DNA from: Acidobacteriota bacterium
Lineage (GTDB): Bacteria; Acidobacteriota; Thermoanaerobaculia; UBA5066
Direction: 5' to 3'
Length of the DNA stretch: 47,810 bases
Assembly: GCA_037443065.1 (NCBI GenBank)
Contig: JBBIPB010000004.1
Span: 1-47,810, forward strand
Shown here: piece by piece, positions 17,748-27,817 of the stretch
Layout: every line of letters starts with the position of its first letter
How positions within the stretch are numbered: position 1 is the stretch's first letter
The notes under the pieces: model-generated
Seen by the model: only the letters and a program-made list of their open reading frames with translations
Told to the model about the DNA's origin: nothing
The model's database searches: none
Translations under genes and position numbers: made by a program

Positions 17748-19871
17748 ATGCGACGGCTCCACTGCGGTCTCCTCTCGCTCCTCCTCGCGGCTCTCCCCGC
17801 TCTCGCCCAGAAGACGGAAAAGCGTCCCTTCACGCTCCCCGACTTCTACCGGATCGCCACGGTCGCCGAGCCGGCCCTCTCTCCCGATGGAAAGACGGTC
17901 GTCTACTCCGTCATGGCAGGCGACGTGAAGGCCGGCAAGAGGACGACCGCCCTCTGGCGCGTCGGTGCGGACGGGACGGGCGCGCGGCGCCTGACGTGGT
18001 CCGACGCCCGCGACACGTCGCCCGCCTTCTCACCCGACGGCAAGACGCTCGCCTTCCTCTCGACCCGGACGGGCGACCCCCAGCTCTTCTTCCTGCCGCT
18101 CTCCGGCGGCGAGGCCGAGAAGAAGACTGATTTCCCGGGCGGCATCTCCGATCCACTCTTCTCGGCCGACGGGACGAAGGTCGTCTTCTCAGCAGACGTC
18201 GATCCCGTCTGTGGCGTGGACGCCACGTGCAACAAGGCTTCGCTCGAGGAGCGCGAGAAGACGAAGCTGAAGGCCTGGGTCGAAGACGCCCTTCTCTACC
18301 GGCACTGGAACTCCTGGAAGGAGGGAAGGCGGACGCATCTGCTTCTCCTCGACCTCGCGACAGGCGCTCTCACGGACCTGACGCCCGGAGATTTCGACTC
18401 ACCGGTCTTCTCCCTCGGCGGTCCGCGCGACTTCGACTTCTCGCCTGACGGAAAGGAGCTGGCATTCGCCTCGAACCGGACGCCCGACCCGGCCACGAAC
18501 ACCAACGCCGACCTCTTCGTCGCCCGTCTCGACGGTGGACCTGAGACGCTGAAGGCCCCGAAGAACCTGACGCTCGGGAACCACGGCTGGGACGGGACGC
18601 CGCGCTACTCCCCGAACGGGAAGTGGCTCGCTTTCCGGCGGCAGGTGACGCCGCGGTACGAGGCGGACAGGTTCCGGATCGTCCTCCTCGACCGGGCGAC
18701 CGGAACCGGGAAGAGCCTGACCGACGCCTTCGACGACACGATCGGCGACATCGCGTGGTCCGCCGACTCGAAGAAGATCCTCTTCACGGCCGACGTGAAG
18801 GGGCGGACACCTCTCCACGAACTCGAGATCGCGACGGGAAAGATCCGTGTCCTGACGGACGTCGGCACCCTCGACGCGTTCCGCATTGCCCGCGACGGCT
18901 CCTTCGCCATCGTGGCGCGCCGGCGCATCGGTCAGCCAACCGAACTCTGGCGGATCGACGTAGCGCCGAAGGCGAATCCGGAAGGGACGCGCCTGACGAC
19001 GCACAACGCGCCCCTCGAGGCCGAGGTGGACATCCGGCCCGCGGAGGAACGCTTCCTTCCCGGCGCGGACGGAAAACCGGTCCAGACGTGGATCGTCACG
19101 CCCCACGGCTTCGACCCCGCGAAGAAGTACCCGCTGATCCTGAACGTCCACGGCGGCCCGCAGTCACAGTGGGCCGACTCGTTCCGCGGCGACTGGCAGG
19201 TCTACCCCGGCGCCGGGTACATCGAGGCCTTCCCGAACCCGCACGGCTCGACCGGTTTCGGTCAGGCTTACACCTCCGCCATCTCCGGCGACTGGGACGG
19301 AAAGGTGATGGAGGACGTTGCGAAGGTGACCGACGCCCTCGAGAGGCTTCCGTACGTCGACAAGGAGCGGATCGGTGTCATGGGATGGTCGTGGGGCGGC
19401 TATGCCGTCATGTGGCTCGTCGGGCACACGACGCGCTACAAGGCCGCGGCCTCGATGATGGGCGTCTACGACCTCCGGTCGATGCACAGCGCCACCGAGG
19501 AGCTCTGGTTCCCCGAGTGGGACCTCAAGGGGGCGCCCTGGGAGAACCCGGAGGGGTACCGGAAGCAGTCGCCGTCGGAGTACGTGAAGAACTTCAGGAC
19601 GCCGACGCTCGTCCTGACGGGAGAGCGCGACTTCCGCGTTCCATACACCCAGTCGCTCATGTTCTTCACCGACCTCCAGAAGATGAAGGTTCCGTCGCGC
19701 CTCGTCGTCTTCGAGAAGGCGGGGCACTGGCCCTCGTGGCAGGAGATGGCCCTCTACTACGCGGCCCACCTCGACTGGTTCCACCGCTGGCTCGGAGGCG
19801 AGACCTCGCCGTGGGACCCGAAGGCGATGGCCGCCGGGAAGGTCTGGGACGCGCCGCCCCCGAAGAAGTAG
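17748..19871 (+). CDS. S9 family (dipeptidyl/acylaminoacyl) peptidase, secreted
   Basis: Signal peptide, PD40/propeller repeats (FSPDGK), HGGPQ, GWSWGG nucleophile elbow, DFRVP, GHW. Confidence 0.92.
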   Translation: MRRLHCGLLSLLLAALPALAQKTEKRPFTLPDFYRIATVAEPALSPDGKTVVYSVMAGDVKAGKRTTALWRVGADGTGARRLTWSDARDTSPAFSPDGKTLAFLSTRTGDPQLFFLPLSGGEAEKKTDFPGGISDPLFSADGTKVVFSADVDPVCGVDATCNKASLEEREKTKLKAWVEDALLYRHWNSWKEGRRTHLLLLDLATGALTDLTPGDFDSPVFSLGGPRDFDFSPDGKELAFASNRTPDPATNTNADLFVARLDGGPETLKAPKNLTLGNHGWDGTPRYSPNGKWLAFRRQVTPRYEADRFRIVLLDRATGTGKSLTDAFDDTIGDIAWSADSKKILFTADVKGRTPLHELEIATGKIRVLTDVGTLDAFRIARDGSFAIVARRRIGQPTELWRIDVAPKANPEGTRLTTHNAPLEAEVDIRPAEERFLPGADGKPVQTWIVTPHGFDPAKKYPLILNVHGGPQSQWADSFRGDWQVYPGAGYIEAFPNPHGSTGFGQAYTSAISGDWDGKVMEDVAKVTDALERLPYVDKERIGVMGWSWGGYAVMWLVGHTTRYKAAASMMGVYDLRSMHSATEELWFPEWDLKGAPWENPEGYRKQSPSEYVKNFRTPTLVLTGERDFRVPYTQSLMFFTDLQKMKVPSRLVVFEKAGHWPSWQEMALYYAAHLDWFHRWLGGETSPWDPKAMAAGKVWDAPPPKK

Positions 19872-19875
19872 CGCC

Positions 19876-21060
19876 ATGTTCTCCGGGCGGACGCCGCGGG
19901 TCCACGCCACGAACCGCCTGACGCAGGCCCTCTCGGCGAGGAGCGTGCCGCCGCTCGACCTGACGGTCACGAACCCGACGGATGTCGATCTCGATATTCT
20001 CGGCGACCCACTCGCGATGCTCGCGAGGGCTGAAGCTCGCCTCTACACGCCGGACCCGAAGGGAATGAAGACGGCCCGCGAGGCCGTCGCCCGCTACTAC
20101 GAAAAACGAGGCGCCAAGGCCGATCCCGAACGGCTGGTCCTCTCTGCTTCCTCCAGCGAAGCCTACGGCTGGCTCTTCAAGCTCTTCTGCGACGCCGGCG
20201 ACGCCGTCCTGGTTCCCGCCCCGAGCTATCCCCTTCTCGATGCGCTCGCCGGGCTTGAGAGCATCTGCGTCGCGCACTACCCGCTCGATCCGGCGGGCGG
20301 TTGGACCTTTCACGCCGCAAGCATGGAGCGCGAGGTCCGGCGCCTTGCGGCGGAAGGGACGCGCGTCGGCGCCGTCGTTCTCGTGAGCCCGAACAACCCG
20401 ACCGGCTCGGGCGTTGCGGAGGGCGAGCTTTCCGCGCTCTTTTCCCTCGCGCGGGAGCACCGATTCGCGATCGTCTCTGACGAGGTCTTCCTCGACTACC
20501 GCTTCGCCCCTGGGCCGGACGACGTCCCCGTCACCGCGGCCCGCGCGGAAGCGGGCGGCGTACTGGTCCTGTCGCTCGGAGGCCTTTCGAAATCGGCGGC
20601 GCTTCCGCAACTCAAGCTCGGATGGATGCTCGTCGGAGGACCGGACGATCTGGTACGAGAAGCGCTCTCCCGTCTCGAGTGGATCGCCGATGCGTATCTC
20701 TCCGTCTCGACTCCCGTTCAGCTCGCCCTCCCGGAGCTGCTGGCGTGGGGCGAAACCGCGGCAGGCGCCGTCCGCGACCGCATCCGAATGAACTACGCCG
20801 CGCTCGCCACTGCCTTTCCGTCGGGAGCCACCGCCGCGGCCGAGCCGCTCCGGGGAGGGTGGTCGGCCGTTCTCCGGGTCCCCGCCGTCGAGAGCGAGGA
20901 AGACCTTGTCCTCCGGCTCCTCGAAGAGCACGACCTCCTCGTCCACCCCGGCTACTTCTTCGACTTCCCTTCGGAGAGTTTTCTCGTCCTCAGCCTTCTG
21001 CCGCAGCCGGGCCTCTTCGCTGAGGGCGTCGCCCGGCTCTCCCGCGCGCTCGGGTCCTGA
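19876..21060 (+). CDS. PLP-dependent aminotransferase class I/II
   Basis: PSYP, SPNNPTG, SDEVF, GGLSKS...KLGW, VHPGYFF. Confidence 0.9.
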   Translation: MFSGRTPRVHATNRLTQALSARSVPPLDLTVTNPTDVDLDILGDPLAMLARAEARLYTPDPKGMKTAREAVARYYEKRGAKADPERLVLSASSSEAYGWLFKLFCDAGDAVLVPAPSYPLLDALAGLESICVAHYPLDPAGGWTFHAASMEREVRRLAAEGTRVGAVVLVSPNNPTGSGVAEGELSALFSLAREHRFAIVSDEVFLDYRFAPGPDDVPVTAARAEAGGVLVLSLGGLSKSAALPQLKLGWMLVGGPDDLVREALSRLEWIADAYLSVSTPVQLALPELLAWGETAAGAVRDRIRMNYAALATAFPSGATAAAEPLRGGWSAVLRVPAVESEEDLVLRLLEEHDLLVHPGYFFDFPSESFLVLSLLPQPGLFAEGVARLSRALGS

Positions 21061-21123
21061 GGCTCACCTCGCCGAGCGTCCCGCCGTCCGCGAAGCGGAA
21101 GTCCCGTGCGCTCGCTCTGAGCC
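21061..21123. repeat. Nested inverted repeat between convergent genes (REP-like or bidirectional terminator)
   Basis: ggctca/tgagcc outer stem, cgagcg/cgctcg middle stem, tccgc-gaa-gcgga inner hairpin. Confidence 0.4.
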
Positions 21124-21131
21124 GTTCCTCG

Positions 21132-21824
21132 TCAGCGCTTGTTCCGGTAGGGTCCCTCAGGCTCCAGATCCGACGAGCCGACGAGCCCCGAGAGGTAGAG
21201 GCGCGTGTCGACGCGGCAGAGGCCGCCTACCTGGGCACGGGTCAGGAGCGGGTGAAAGGGCCGCGTCGCGATCCAGTCGGCGACGCCGCAGATGTTCCCC
21301 TCCGCCGTCTCCCACCCCTCCGCATCGAAACGGGAGAGGTTCACGGGCCGCGTGAACGTACGGAGGGTCCGCTCGCCGGACGGGCTGTAGTAGTCCTCGA
21401 AGTAGCTCAAGACGAGGTCGCGAACGGTGCGGTAGACGGCGGACCGGTAGCGGAGCCCGGCGTAGTTCGACTTCGCGACGGCCCCCCACGACCGCCCGCC
21501 CCGGCCGTCGGGCGCCGTGAAGAGGGCGAGGACGTGATCCGTGTCCCGGACCGCCCGCAGCTGGATCACGAGGGGCGCGCGTCCGTGGAAGCGGAGGGCG
21601 GCGGCCGCGAAAATGGAGCCCTCGCCGCAGTGGGCGATCCGGTCGCGCAGGACGGCACGCGGCGACCGGCAGGTCTCGCCGTCCCTCTCGTGGTTGTAAC
21701 CGACCTCCTCGTCGAGGAACCGCTGGATCGCGTCGGGCGACGACAGCTTCGCGAGGATCTTCCGTTCCCCGGGAGACCAGCCGCCCGGGGCGCCGCCTCT
21801 TCGACTGGTTTTCGGCGATGACAT
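21132..21824 (-). CDS. Hypothetical protein, possible transglutaminase/papain-like Cys-His fold
   Basis: C-terminal part of ORF 21132..22652 from ATG 21824; AHCGEG...AAAAL, DHVLALF, WGAVAKSNY motifs. Confidence 0.65.
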   Translation of the reverse strand: MSSPKTSRRGGAPGGWSPGERKILAKLSSPDAIQRFLDEEVGYNHERDGETCRSPRAVLRDRIAHCGEGSIFAAAALRFHGRAPLVIQLRAVRDTDHVLALFTAPDGRGGRSWGAVAKSNYAGLRYRSAVYRTVRDLVLSYFEDYYSPSGERTLRTFTRPVNLSRFDAEGWETAEGNICGVADWIATRPFHPLLTRAQVGGLCRVDTRLYLSGLVGSSDLEPEGPYRNKR

Positions 21825-21863
21825 GAACGATGGGATTCTAGATGTCTCCCTAGAATGGTGCCC

Positions 21864-22628
21864 GTGGAGCGCAGGGAAGGCTGCTTTCTCTTCGAAGGAG
21901 AATACGGGCTCTTCACGGGACTTCCCGAGGGCGTCTCGGCCGGCTTCACGACCGGGGTCGGCGGCGGGCGCGAGGCGGCGCCCCGACTGGCCCGGGGGCT
22001 CGGGCGGGCTCTGGGTGCGCCGGATGCGCGGGTCGCCCTCGCGCGCCAGGTTCACGGCCGGCACGTTCTTGTCGTGAATGCCGAGACGAGAATTCCCGGG
22101 GACGGCGTCGTGGGGAGCGGCGACGGTCTCGTCACGCGCGAGGCCGGAATTCTCCTGGGAATCCAGTCGGCCGACTGCGTCCCGATCCTCCTCGCCGACA
22201 CCGCCGGCCCCTGGATCGCGGCCGTTCACGCCGGCTGGCGCGGCACGGCGGCCCGGATCCTCGACGCCGTCCTCGACCGGCTCGAGTCGGAGGGAGTCCC
22301 GCCTTCGCGGCTCGTCGCGGCGGTCGGTCCGTGCATCTCGCAGGCCCGCTACGAGGTCGGGCCCGAGGTCGTCGCGGCGCTCGCCCGGGCACACACCGAC
22401 GTTCCCGTGCCCCCCGGCGCGGTCAGGCCCGGACGCGGCGACCGGTCGCATCTCGACGTTGCGGCATTCAACCGCACCCTGCTCCTCCGGCGCGGCATCC
22501 CGCCGGAGCGGATCCTCGATGCCGCCCTCTGCACGGCGGAGCGCGCGGACCTCTTCCCTTCCTATCGCCGCGACGGGAAGGGGACGGGGAGGATCGTGAC
22601 GGGAATCGTCCGCCACAAAGACGGGTAA
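21864..22628 (+). CDS. pgeF: PgeF/YfiH family peptidoglycan editing factor / purine nucleoside enzyme
   Basis: QVHG, DGLVT, ADCVP, HAGWRG, GPCI, CT...F-PSYRR. GTG 21864 preferred (7 nt after TAGAAT); ATG 21855 is the alternative. Confidence 0.9.
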   Translation: MERREGCFLFEGEYGLFTGLPEGVSAGFTTGVGGGREAAPRLARGLGRALGAPDARVALARQVHGRHVLVVNAETRIPGDGVVGSGDGLVTREAGILLGIQSADCVPILLADTAGPWIAAVHAGWRGTAARILDAVLDRLESEGVPPSRLVAAVGPCISQARYEVGPEVVAALARAHTDVPVPPGAVRPGRGDRSHLDVAAFNRTLLLRRGIPPERILDAALCTAERADLFPSYRRDGKGTGRIVTGIVRHKDG

Positions 22629-22654
22629 TCTTCCAACATAAGCCGACGGCATCG

Positions 22655-24370
22655 ATGATCCAGCCCCTCGTCCGTCCCGCGCGCCTCCTGCGGGCGGGGG
22701 TCCCGGCCCTCCTCGCCGTCCTTGCGGCCTCCGTCGTTTCTTCCTTCGTCGTCTACGTCCGGGTGATCGCCCCGGCCGGACCCCTCAACTGGGACGAGGG
22801 GTTCCACGCCCTTCACGGCCTCCGGGCGGCGACGGAGATTCGCGAAGGAGAGATGTCCCGTCTCGCCTACGACGTCTACCGGTCGGTCTACTGGCCACCG
22901 CTTCACGCGCTCTACGCCGCCGTTTTCTTCCTGTCGTTCGGCGCCACGGCCGAGGTCGCGCGTGCGAGCAGCCTCGCCGCGTACGTCGCGGCCGCAGCCC
23001 TTCTCGCGCTCGCGGCGCTCCGCACCCGGGGAGCGGTTGCCGCGCTCGTCGCGGGCTTCGGATTCGTCCTCTCGCCCCTCGCCGCCAGGCTCGCCGGACA
23101 GGCGCTTCTCGAGATCCCTGCCCTCGCCCTCTTTTCGCTCGCGATTTTCCTTTACGTCGACGGCCGGCGGCCCGTCCTCCTCGGCCTCGCCGTCTTCGCG
23201 ACGTGCCTCACCCGGACGAACTACGGCGTCCTACTCGCGCTCGGGCTCACGGGGGCCTTCGCGATCGACGGAGGTCTCGGGAAGAGACTCCCCGAGGACG
23301 ACCCACGGAGAGGCGCACGCAGAAACGCATATCGCGCACTCCTGGCCCTCGGCATCCCGCTCCTCCTCTGGTTCGCCTACCTGCCGAAGATCGGCCACAC
23401 TCTCGCGGCACTCGTGAACCTCCCCACAGGCCCGCCGCGGTTCTCCGCCGAGGGGCTCCTCTACTATCCGCGCGCGGCCGTCACGCTCGCCGGGACGCTT
23501 CCGCTCCTGCTCCTCTACGTCGCAGCCCTCCTCCTCGCGCTTCGCCCGAAGGCGCTCTCGGACCGGAGCGTCCGGTTCGTCGTCATTCTTGCCTTCCTCC
23601 AGATCACTTTCGCCGAGATCTCTCACACGAAGCTGGACCGGCACATCCTTCCGCTCGCCGTTCTCCTCCCGTTTCTTCTCGGCGTTCTCGCGGACGACCT
23701 TCGGGCCCGGGGAGGCGTGGCCGTCGAGGCGTCGATGGCCGGCCTTTTCGCCGTCCTCCTCGCGCTGCAGGCGCCGGCACTCGCCGCCTTCCTCACGCCG
23801 GCGACGCCGGGTGAAGGGGAGGCTGTTCGCGTCGCCACCGTCGAGGAGATGAGCCGCGCCGGCCGGTCGGCGTTCGTCGCCTCCGAGAACGCGCTCGTTC
23901 CTCCCGCCACATGCGACTTCGCCCTCGTCGCGGCCGGAGCGATCCCCCTCGATGGCGCCGGGGCTCTACGGACGGCGAGTGAGCTGCGGCTCGCGGAGTC
24001 CTCGGCGTCACATCCGGGACCGCTCGCCCGCAGGCTCCGCACCGAGGCGGATCGCTGGCCGGGCCCGGGCTCGTATTCCGTCTACATCGGCCTGCCGCGG
24101 GGAGACGCCGCATTCCGGTGGACGGCGGAGAATCTCTCGTCCCGTCTCGCCGCGCTCCTCGCGCGATCGCCGGTCGAACGCGTCGTCGCCCTCGCGGATC
24201 CCGAGGAAACCTCGTTTCCCGTAACGGCGGAATTTCTCGAACGGGCGATCGTCCCTCTCGGTTTCGTCGCGGAAGCGCCGCTCCGCCCGGCCCCGGGCAC
24301 GGTTCTCCTCAGTTTCCGGAGACCGGGTGGTCCACCACACGCTTCCCGCGAGGAATCTCCCGCCCCTTGA
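22655..24370 (+). CDS. ArnT/PMT (GT-C, GT39/GT83-like) membrane glycosyltransferase
   Basis: WDEGFH acidic motif after TM1, WPPLH, multiple TM segments, KLDRHILP, C-terminal soluble domain. Confidence 0.75.
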   Translation: MIQPLVRPARLLRAGVPALLAVLAASVVSSFVVYVRVIAPAGPLNWDEGFHALHGLRAATEIREGEMSRLAYDVYRSVYWPPLHALYAAVFFLSFGATAEVARASSLAAYVAAAALLALAALRTRGAVAALVAGFGFVLSPLAARLAGQALLEIPALALFSLAIFLYVDGRRPVLLGLAVFATCLTRTNYGVLLALGLTGAFAIDGGLGKRLPEDDPRRGARRNAYRALLALGIPLLLWFAYLPKIGHTLAALVNLPTGPPRFSAEGLLYYPRAAVTLAGTLPLLLLYVAALLLALRPKALSDRSVRFVVILAFLQITFAEISHTKLDRHILPLAVLLPFLLGVLADDLRARGGVAVEASMAGLFAVLLALQAPALAAFLTPATPGEGEAVRVATVEEMSRAGRSAFVASENALVPPATCDFALVAAGAIPLDGAGALRTASELRLAESSASHPGPLARRLRTEADRWPGPGSYSVYIGLPRGDAAFRWTAENLSSRLAALLARSPVERVVALADPEETSFPVTAEFLERAIVPLGFVAEAPLRPAPGTVLLSFRRPGGPPHASREESPAP

Positions 24371-25409
24371 GCTGCCCGCAGGCCGCGTCGGCCTGAAGCC
24401 CCTTCGACCAGCGGACCGTCACGTCCACCTTCGCTCCGGCGAGGCCGCGCGCGAAGGCGTCGACGACATCCGGCGCGGGGCGCTTCAGCTGGGGCAGCCA
24501 CTTTGCGGACTCGTTCAGCGGGATCAGGTTCACTTTCGACGGGAGCTGCCGCGCGAGCGCCACGAGCCGCCGCGCCATCTCGGGAGAGTCGTTCACGCCT
24601 TCGATGAGGACCCACTCGAAGGTGATTCGCCGCCCTTTCTCGAGAGGCCACTTCTTCAGGGCGGAAAAGAGCTGCGCGAGGGGCCAGGTCCGGTTGACCG
24701 GCATCAGCCGGCTCCGCGTCGTGTCGTCGGCGGCACAGAGGGAGACGGCGAGGTTCGGCCGGTGCTCGCGAAGGGCGAGTGTCTCGATCCCGGGGACGAT
24801 GCCGGCCGTCGAGAGCGTCGTCCGTCGGGGCGAGACCTCGCGCGAGAGGAGGTCGAGGGCCACCGACACGTTCGCCACGTTCAGGAGCGGTTCCCCCATT
24901 CCCATGAAGACGACGTTCGCCTCGCGGGGGCCGAAGCGCTTCTCGCGCGCGAGGACGAGGTACTGTCCGACGATCTCTCCCGCCGTGAGGTTGCGTCCCG
25001 CCCCGAGCCGCCCCGTCACGCAGAACGCGCAGTCGACGGCGCAGCCCGCCTGCGAGGAGAGGCAGACGGTGATCCGCGTTCCCGGAGCGGTCTCGGATGC
25101 CTCGGCCGCCGGATGGCGCTTCGAATCGATCATGAAGACCGCCTCGACGCGGATGCCGTCCGGAAGCTCGAGGAGGAACTTCTCCGCTCCGTCGGCAGCC
25201 GGCGACCGGGAAACGACCTCGGGCAGTCCGAGCGTGAACCGCTCCGCGAGCGCCGCGCGCATCTCCTTCGGGAGGTCCGTCATCCCGGCGAACGACGTCG
25301 CGCGGCGCTCCCAGAGCCAGCGCTGGATCTGGGCGGCCCGGTACGGCTGGGGCGCCACGTCCCGGATGGCGCGCGCGAGGTCGGCAACCGGAAGGCCGAG
25401 GAGGTCCAT
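24309..25409 (-). CDS. rlmN: Dual-specificity RNA methyltransferase RlmN (radical SAM)
   Basis: CLSSQAGCAVDCAFCVTG, NVVFMGMGEPL, NLIPLN, AACGQL. Confidence 0.95.
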   Translation of the reverse strand: MDLLGLPVADLARAIRDVAPQPYRAAQIQRWLWERRATSFAGMTDLPKEMRAALAERFTLGLPEVVSRSPAADGAEKFLLELPDGIRVEAVFMIDSKRHPAAEASETAPGTRITVCLSSQAGCAVDCAFCVTGRLGAGRNLTAGEIVGQYLVLAREKRFGPREANVVFMGMGEPLLNVANVSVALDLLSREVSPRRTTLSTAGIVPGIETLALREHRPNLAVSLCAADDTTRSRLMPVNRTWPLAQLFSALKKWPLEKGRRITFEWVLIEGVNDSPEMARRLVALARQLPSKVNLIPLNESAKWLPQLKRPAPDVVDAFARGLAGAKVDVTVRWSKGLQADAACGQLKGREIPRGKRVVDHPVSGN

Positions 25410-25436
25410 CGACGTCGGGCCCGGCGCGCGGAGCCG

Positions 25437-25805
25437 TCAGCCCTTGCGCGAGACCGTGGATCGCATCGTGACAGCGCCCGCAGCGCGGCGCCGCGCACGG
25501 GCCGGGCGCGTCGGGTCGATGCCGAGCGCGCGGAGGAGGTTCAGGTCCTTGACGTTGATCTGGAAGGTCGCCCCGTCGCCGTCGCCACGCGTGGGTGTGC
25601 CGCGCCGGATGGAGGGGAGAGAGGCCGACGACCGGTGGCCGCGCCGGTCAAGCGCGATCGTCGCGTCGAGGATAAGGTACGGCTCGTACCCTTCGGCCTT
25701 CACTCTCCCGAGGATCTCGTGGACGCGGGCCGACGCCGAGACCGCCTCGTTCAGGGCGGAGCCGAGATCCTTCAGGTGCGAGCGAACCTTGTCGTCGAGG
25801 GCCAT
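25437..25805 (-). CDS. Small hypothetical protein
   Basis: MALDDKVRSHLKDLG...FQINVKDLNLLRALGI; good promoter immediately upstream; co-oriented with rlmN. Confidence 0.65.
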   Translation of the reverse strand: MALDDKVRSHLKDLGSALNEAVSASARVHEILGRVKAEGYEPYLILDATIALDRRGHRSSASLPSIRRGTPTRGDGDGATFQINVKDLNLLRALGIDPTRPARARRRAAGAVTMRSTVSRKG

Positions 25806-25814
25806 GTTCGAGGC

Positions 25815-25844
25815 ACTGTAGGACCGTCCGCGCGACCGAGTCAA
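25815..25844 (-). promoter_or_regulatory. Sigma70-type promoter for the hypothetical-rlmN unit
   Basis: TTGACT-N18-TACAGT on the minus strand, ending 9 nt before ATG 25805. Confidence 0.5.
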
Positions 25845-25929
25845 TCGGCCGGTCCCATTCCTCCAGACAACGCACGCCGACGAGGCGCAAGCGGCGTAGA
25901 ATCCGCCCCTTTCCACGAGGAGGCCGCTC

Positions 25930-27764
25930 ATGCCCGTCTCCGCTCTTCTCGCGCTCGCTCTCGCCGTCTCTCCGGGAGCACCGGACGTGCCGGGGATGGA
26001 ACGGATCGTCGGGACGGCCGTTCCCTTCTACCTGCTCCACGGCGGGCTCCACTCCACGGAGACCGGAAGCCCCGAGATGCTCATGGAGCTCGCCTACCGG
26101 CTCGACGTGTCGAATGCGCCGCACGTCGTCGAGATCCGCGAGAAGCTCGTCGTCCTGATCAACCCGGTCGCCGAACCGGACGGGCGGGACCGCGATGTGG
26201 ACTGGTTCTACCGTTTCCTCAAAGGGAAAACCGATTACGACCGGCTCCCCCCTCTCTCTCCGCCCTACTGGGGCCATTACGTGAGGCATGACAACAACCG
26301 GGACGGCATTCAGCGCAAGCTCGCCTTGACGCGCGCCACGCAGGACGCCTTTCTCGCCTGGCATCCCGCCGTGGTCCACGACCTGCACGAGTCGATTCCG
26401 CTCCTGACGATCTGGACCGGCACCGGTCCCTTCAACGCGAATGTCGACCCGATCACCGCCGTCGAGATCCAGGCCTTCGCGCTGAACGAGGTGACGGCAC
26501 TCACCGCCTTCGGGATGCCGGGGGTCTGGACGTGGGGCTTCACCGAGGGGTGGTCGCAGTTCTACGCCGACTCCGTCGCGACGAACCACAACGCGATCGG
26601 GCGCGGCTACGAGACCTTCGGCAACGCGACGGCGGAAACGGTCGAGCGCTGGATCGACCCGGAACGAAACAAGTTCGCCGGCAGGCCGGTCACGGAAACC
26701 GACTGGTACCGCTCGCTCCCGGCACCGAAGCGTCCGTTGCGGAAGCGGCGTTTTCCTCGGGTGGCGCGAGCTACCCGCCCGGCTCGTGGATTCTCCCGGC
26801 GCAGAACGGGCTCGCCGGAGCTCTTGGCGAGGTCGCGAAGGAGCTCGGTCTCGACTTCGTCTCCTCGCCGTCCCTCCCCGACGGGAAACGGCACTCGCTC
26901 GATCTCCCCCGCCTCGGCGTCCTCCAGACATGGGCCGACACGCAGTCTCCCGGCTGGGTCCGGATGCTCCTCGACGAGGAGCGGATTCCTTACGCCCTCG
27001 TCATGGACGAGGACGTCCGCGCCGGAAAGCTGAAGGCCCTCTTCGACGTCCTCCTCGTGCCGCACACGCATCTCGACCTGAAGGGGCTCGTCTCTGGATT
27101 CGACCCGAAGTTCTCGCCCCTTCTCTATACCCGGACCCCCGACTTCCCCTCGCACGGCACCCCCACATCCTCGCCCGACATCACGGGGGGCCTGACCTGG
27201 AAGGGGATCGGAAACATCGAAGAGTTCGTCCGGGCGGGAGGCCTTCTCGTCACCCTCGGAGGCGCCTCGACGCTCCCCCTCGACGGCGGGATCGCCCGGG
27301 ACGTCCGGCGGGCACGCGTGAAGGACCTCGACACCCCCGGGAGCCATCTCCGGGCCCGTTTTTCGCGTCCGGATCATCCGCTCGGCTGGGGTTACCGGGA
27401 GACGACGGTCGTCTTCCGGGAAAAGCTCCCCGTCTACGATGTGAGAAGGTCCGACCGCGGGCGGATCCTGCTTCACTACGGGACGAAGCCCCTCCAGGAC
27501 CCCGCCTTCGAAGGCGACGACGAGCCGAAGGACGACGGGGGGGCGAAGGAAAAGAAACCCGAAGACCCGCCGCTCGTCGTGAGCGGCGGGATCAAGGGGG
27601 AAAAGGACCTCGTCGGCAAGCCGGCGATCCTCGAGATCCCGACGGGCCGGGGGCGGGTCCTCGCGTTCGACTTCGACCCGATCCACCGGTACCAGACCCC
27701 GGCCGCCTTCCGCCTCGTCTGGAACGCCCTCCTGAACTGGAACCACCTGCCGGCGGTTCCCTGA
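25930..27764 (+). pseudogene. M14 zinc carboxypeptidase family protein, internally deleted and frameshifted
   Basis: ORF 25930 has a signal peptide, HxxE (GLHSTE), NPDG-like EPDG, HDNNRD and HDLHE. The coding signal switches frame near 26730 into ORF 26532..27764 (GWVRMLLD, FDVLLVP, FVRAGGLLV, HPLGWGY, FRLVWNALLNW). Confidence 0.75.
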
Positions 27765-27817
27765 GGAGCGCCGGGCTCCCTGGTCCGCCGCTGAGAACGA
27801 GTCTAGACTAGTTAGCC

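Noticed and set aside
26700-26760. Programmed ribosomal frameshift in the M14 peptidase
   Set aside because: There is no slippery heptamer at the junction, and sequence seems to be missing, which fits a deletion.
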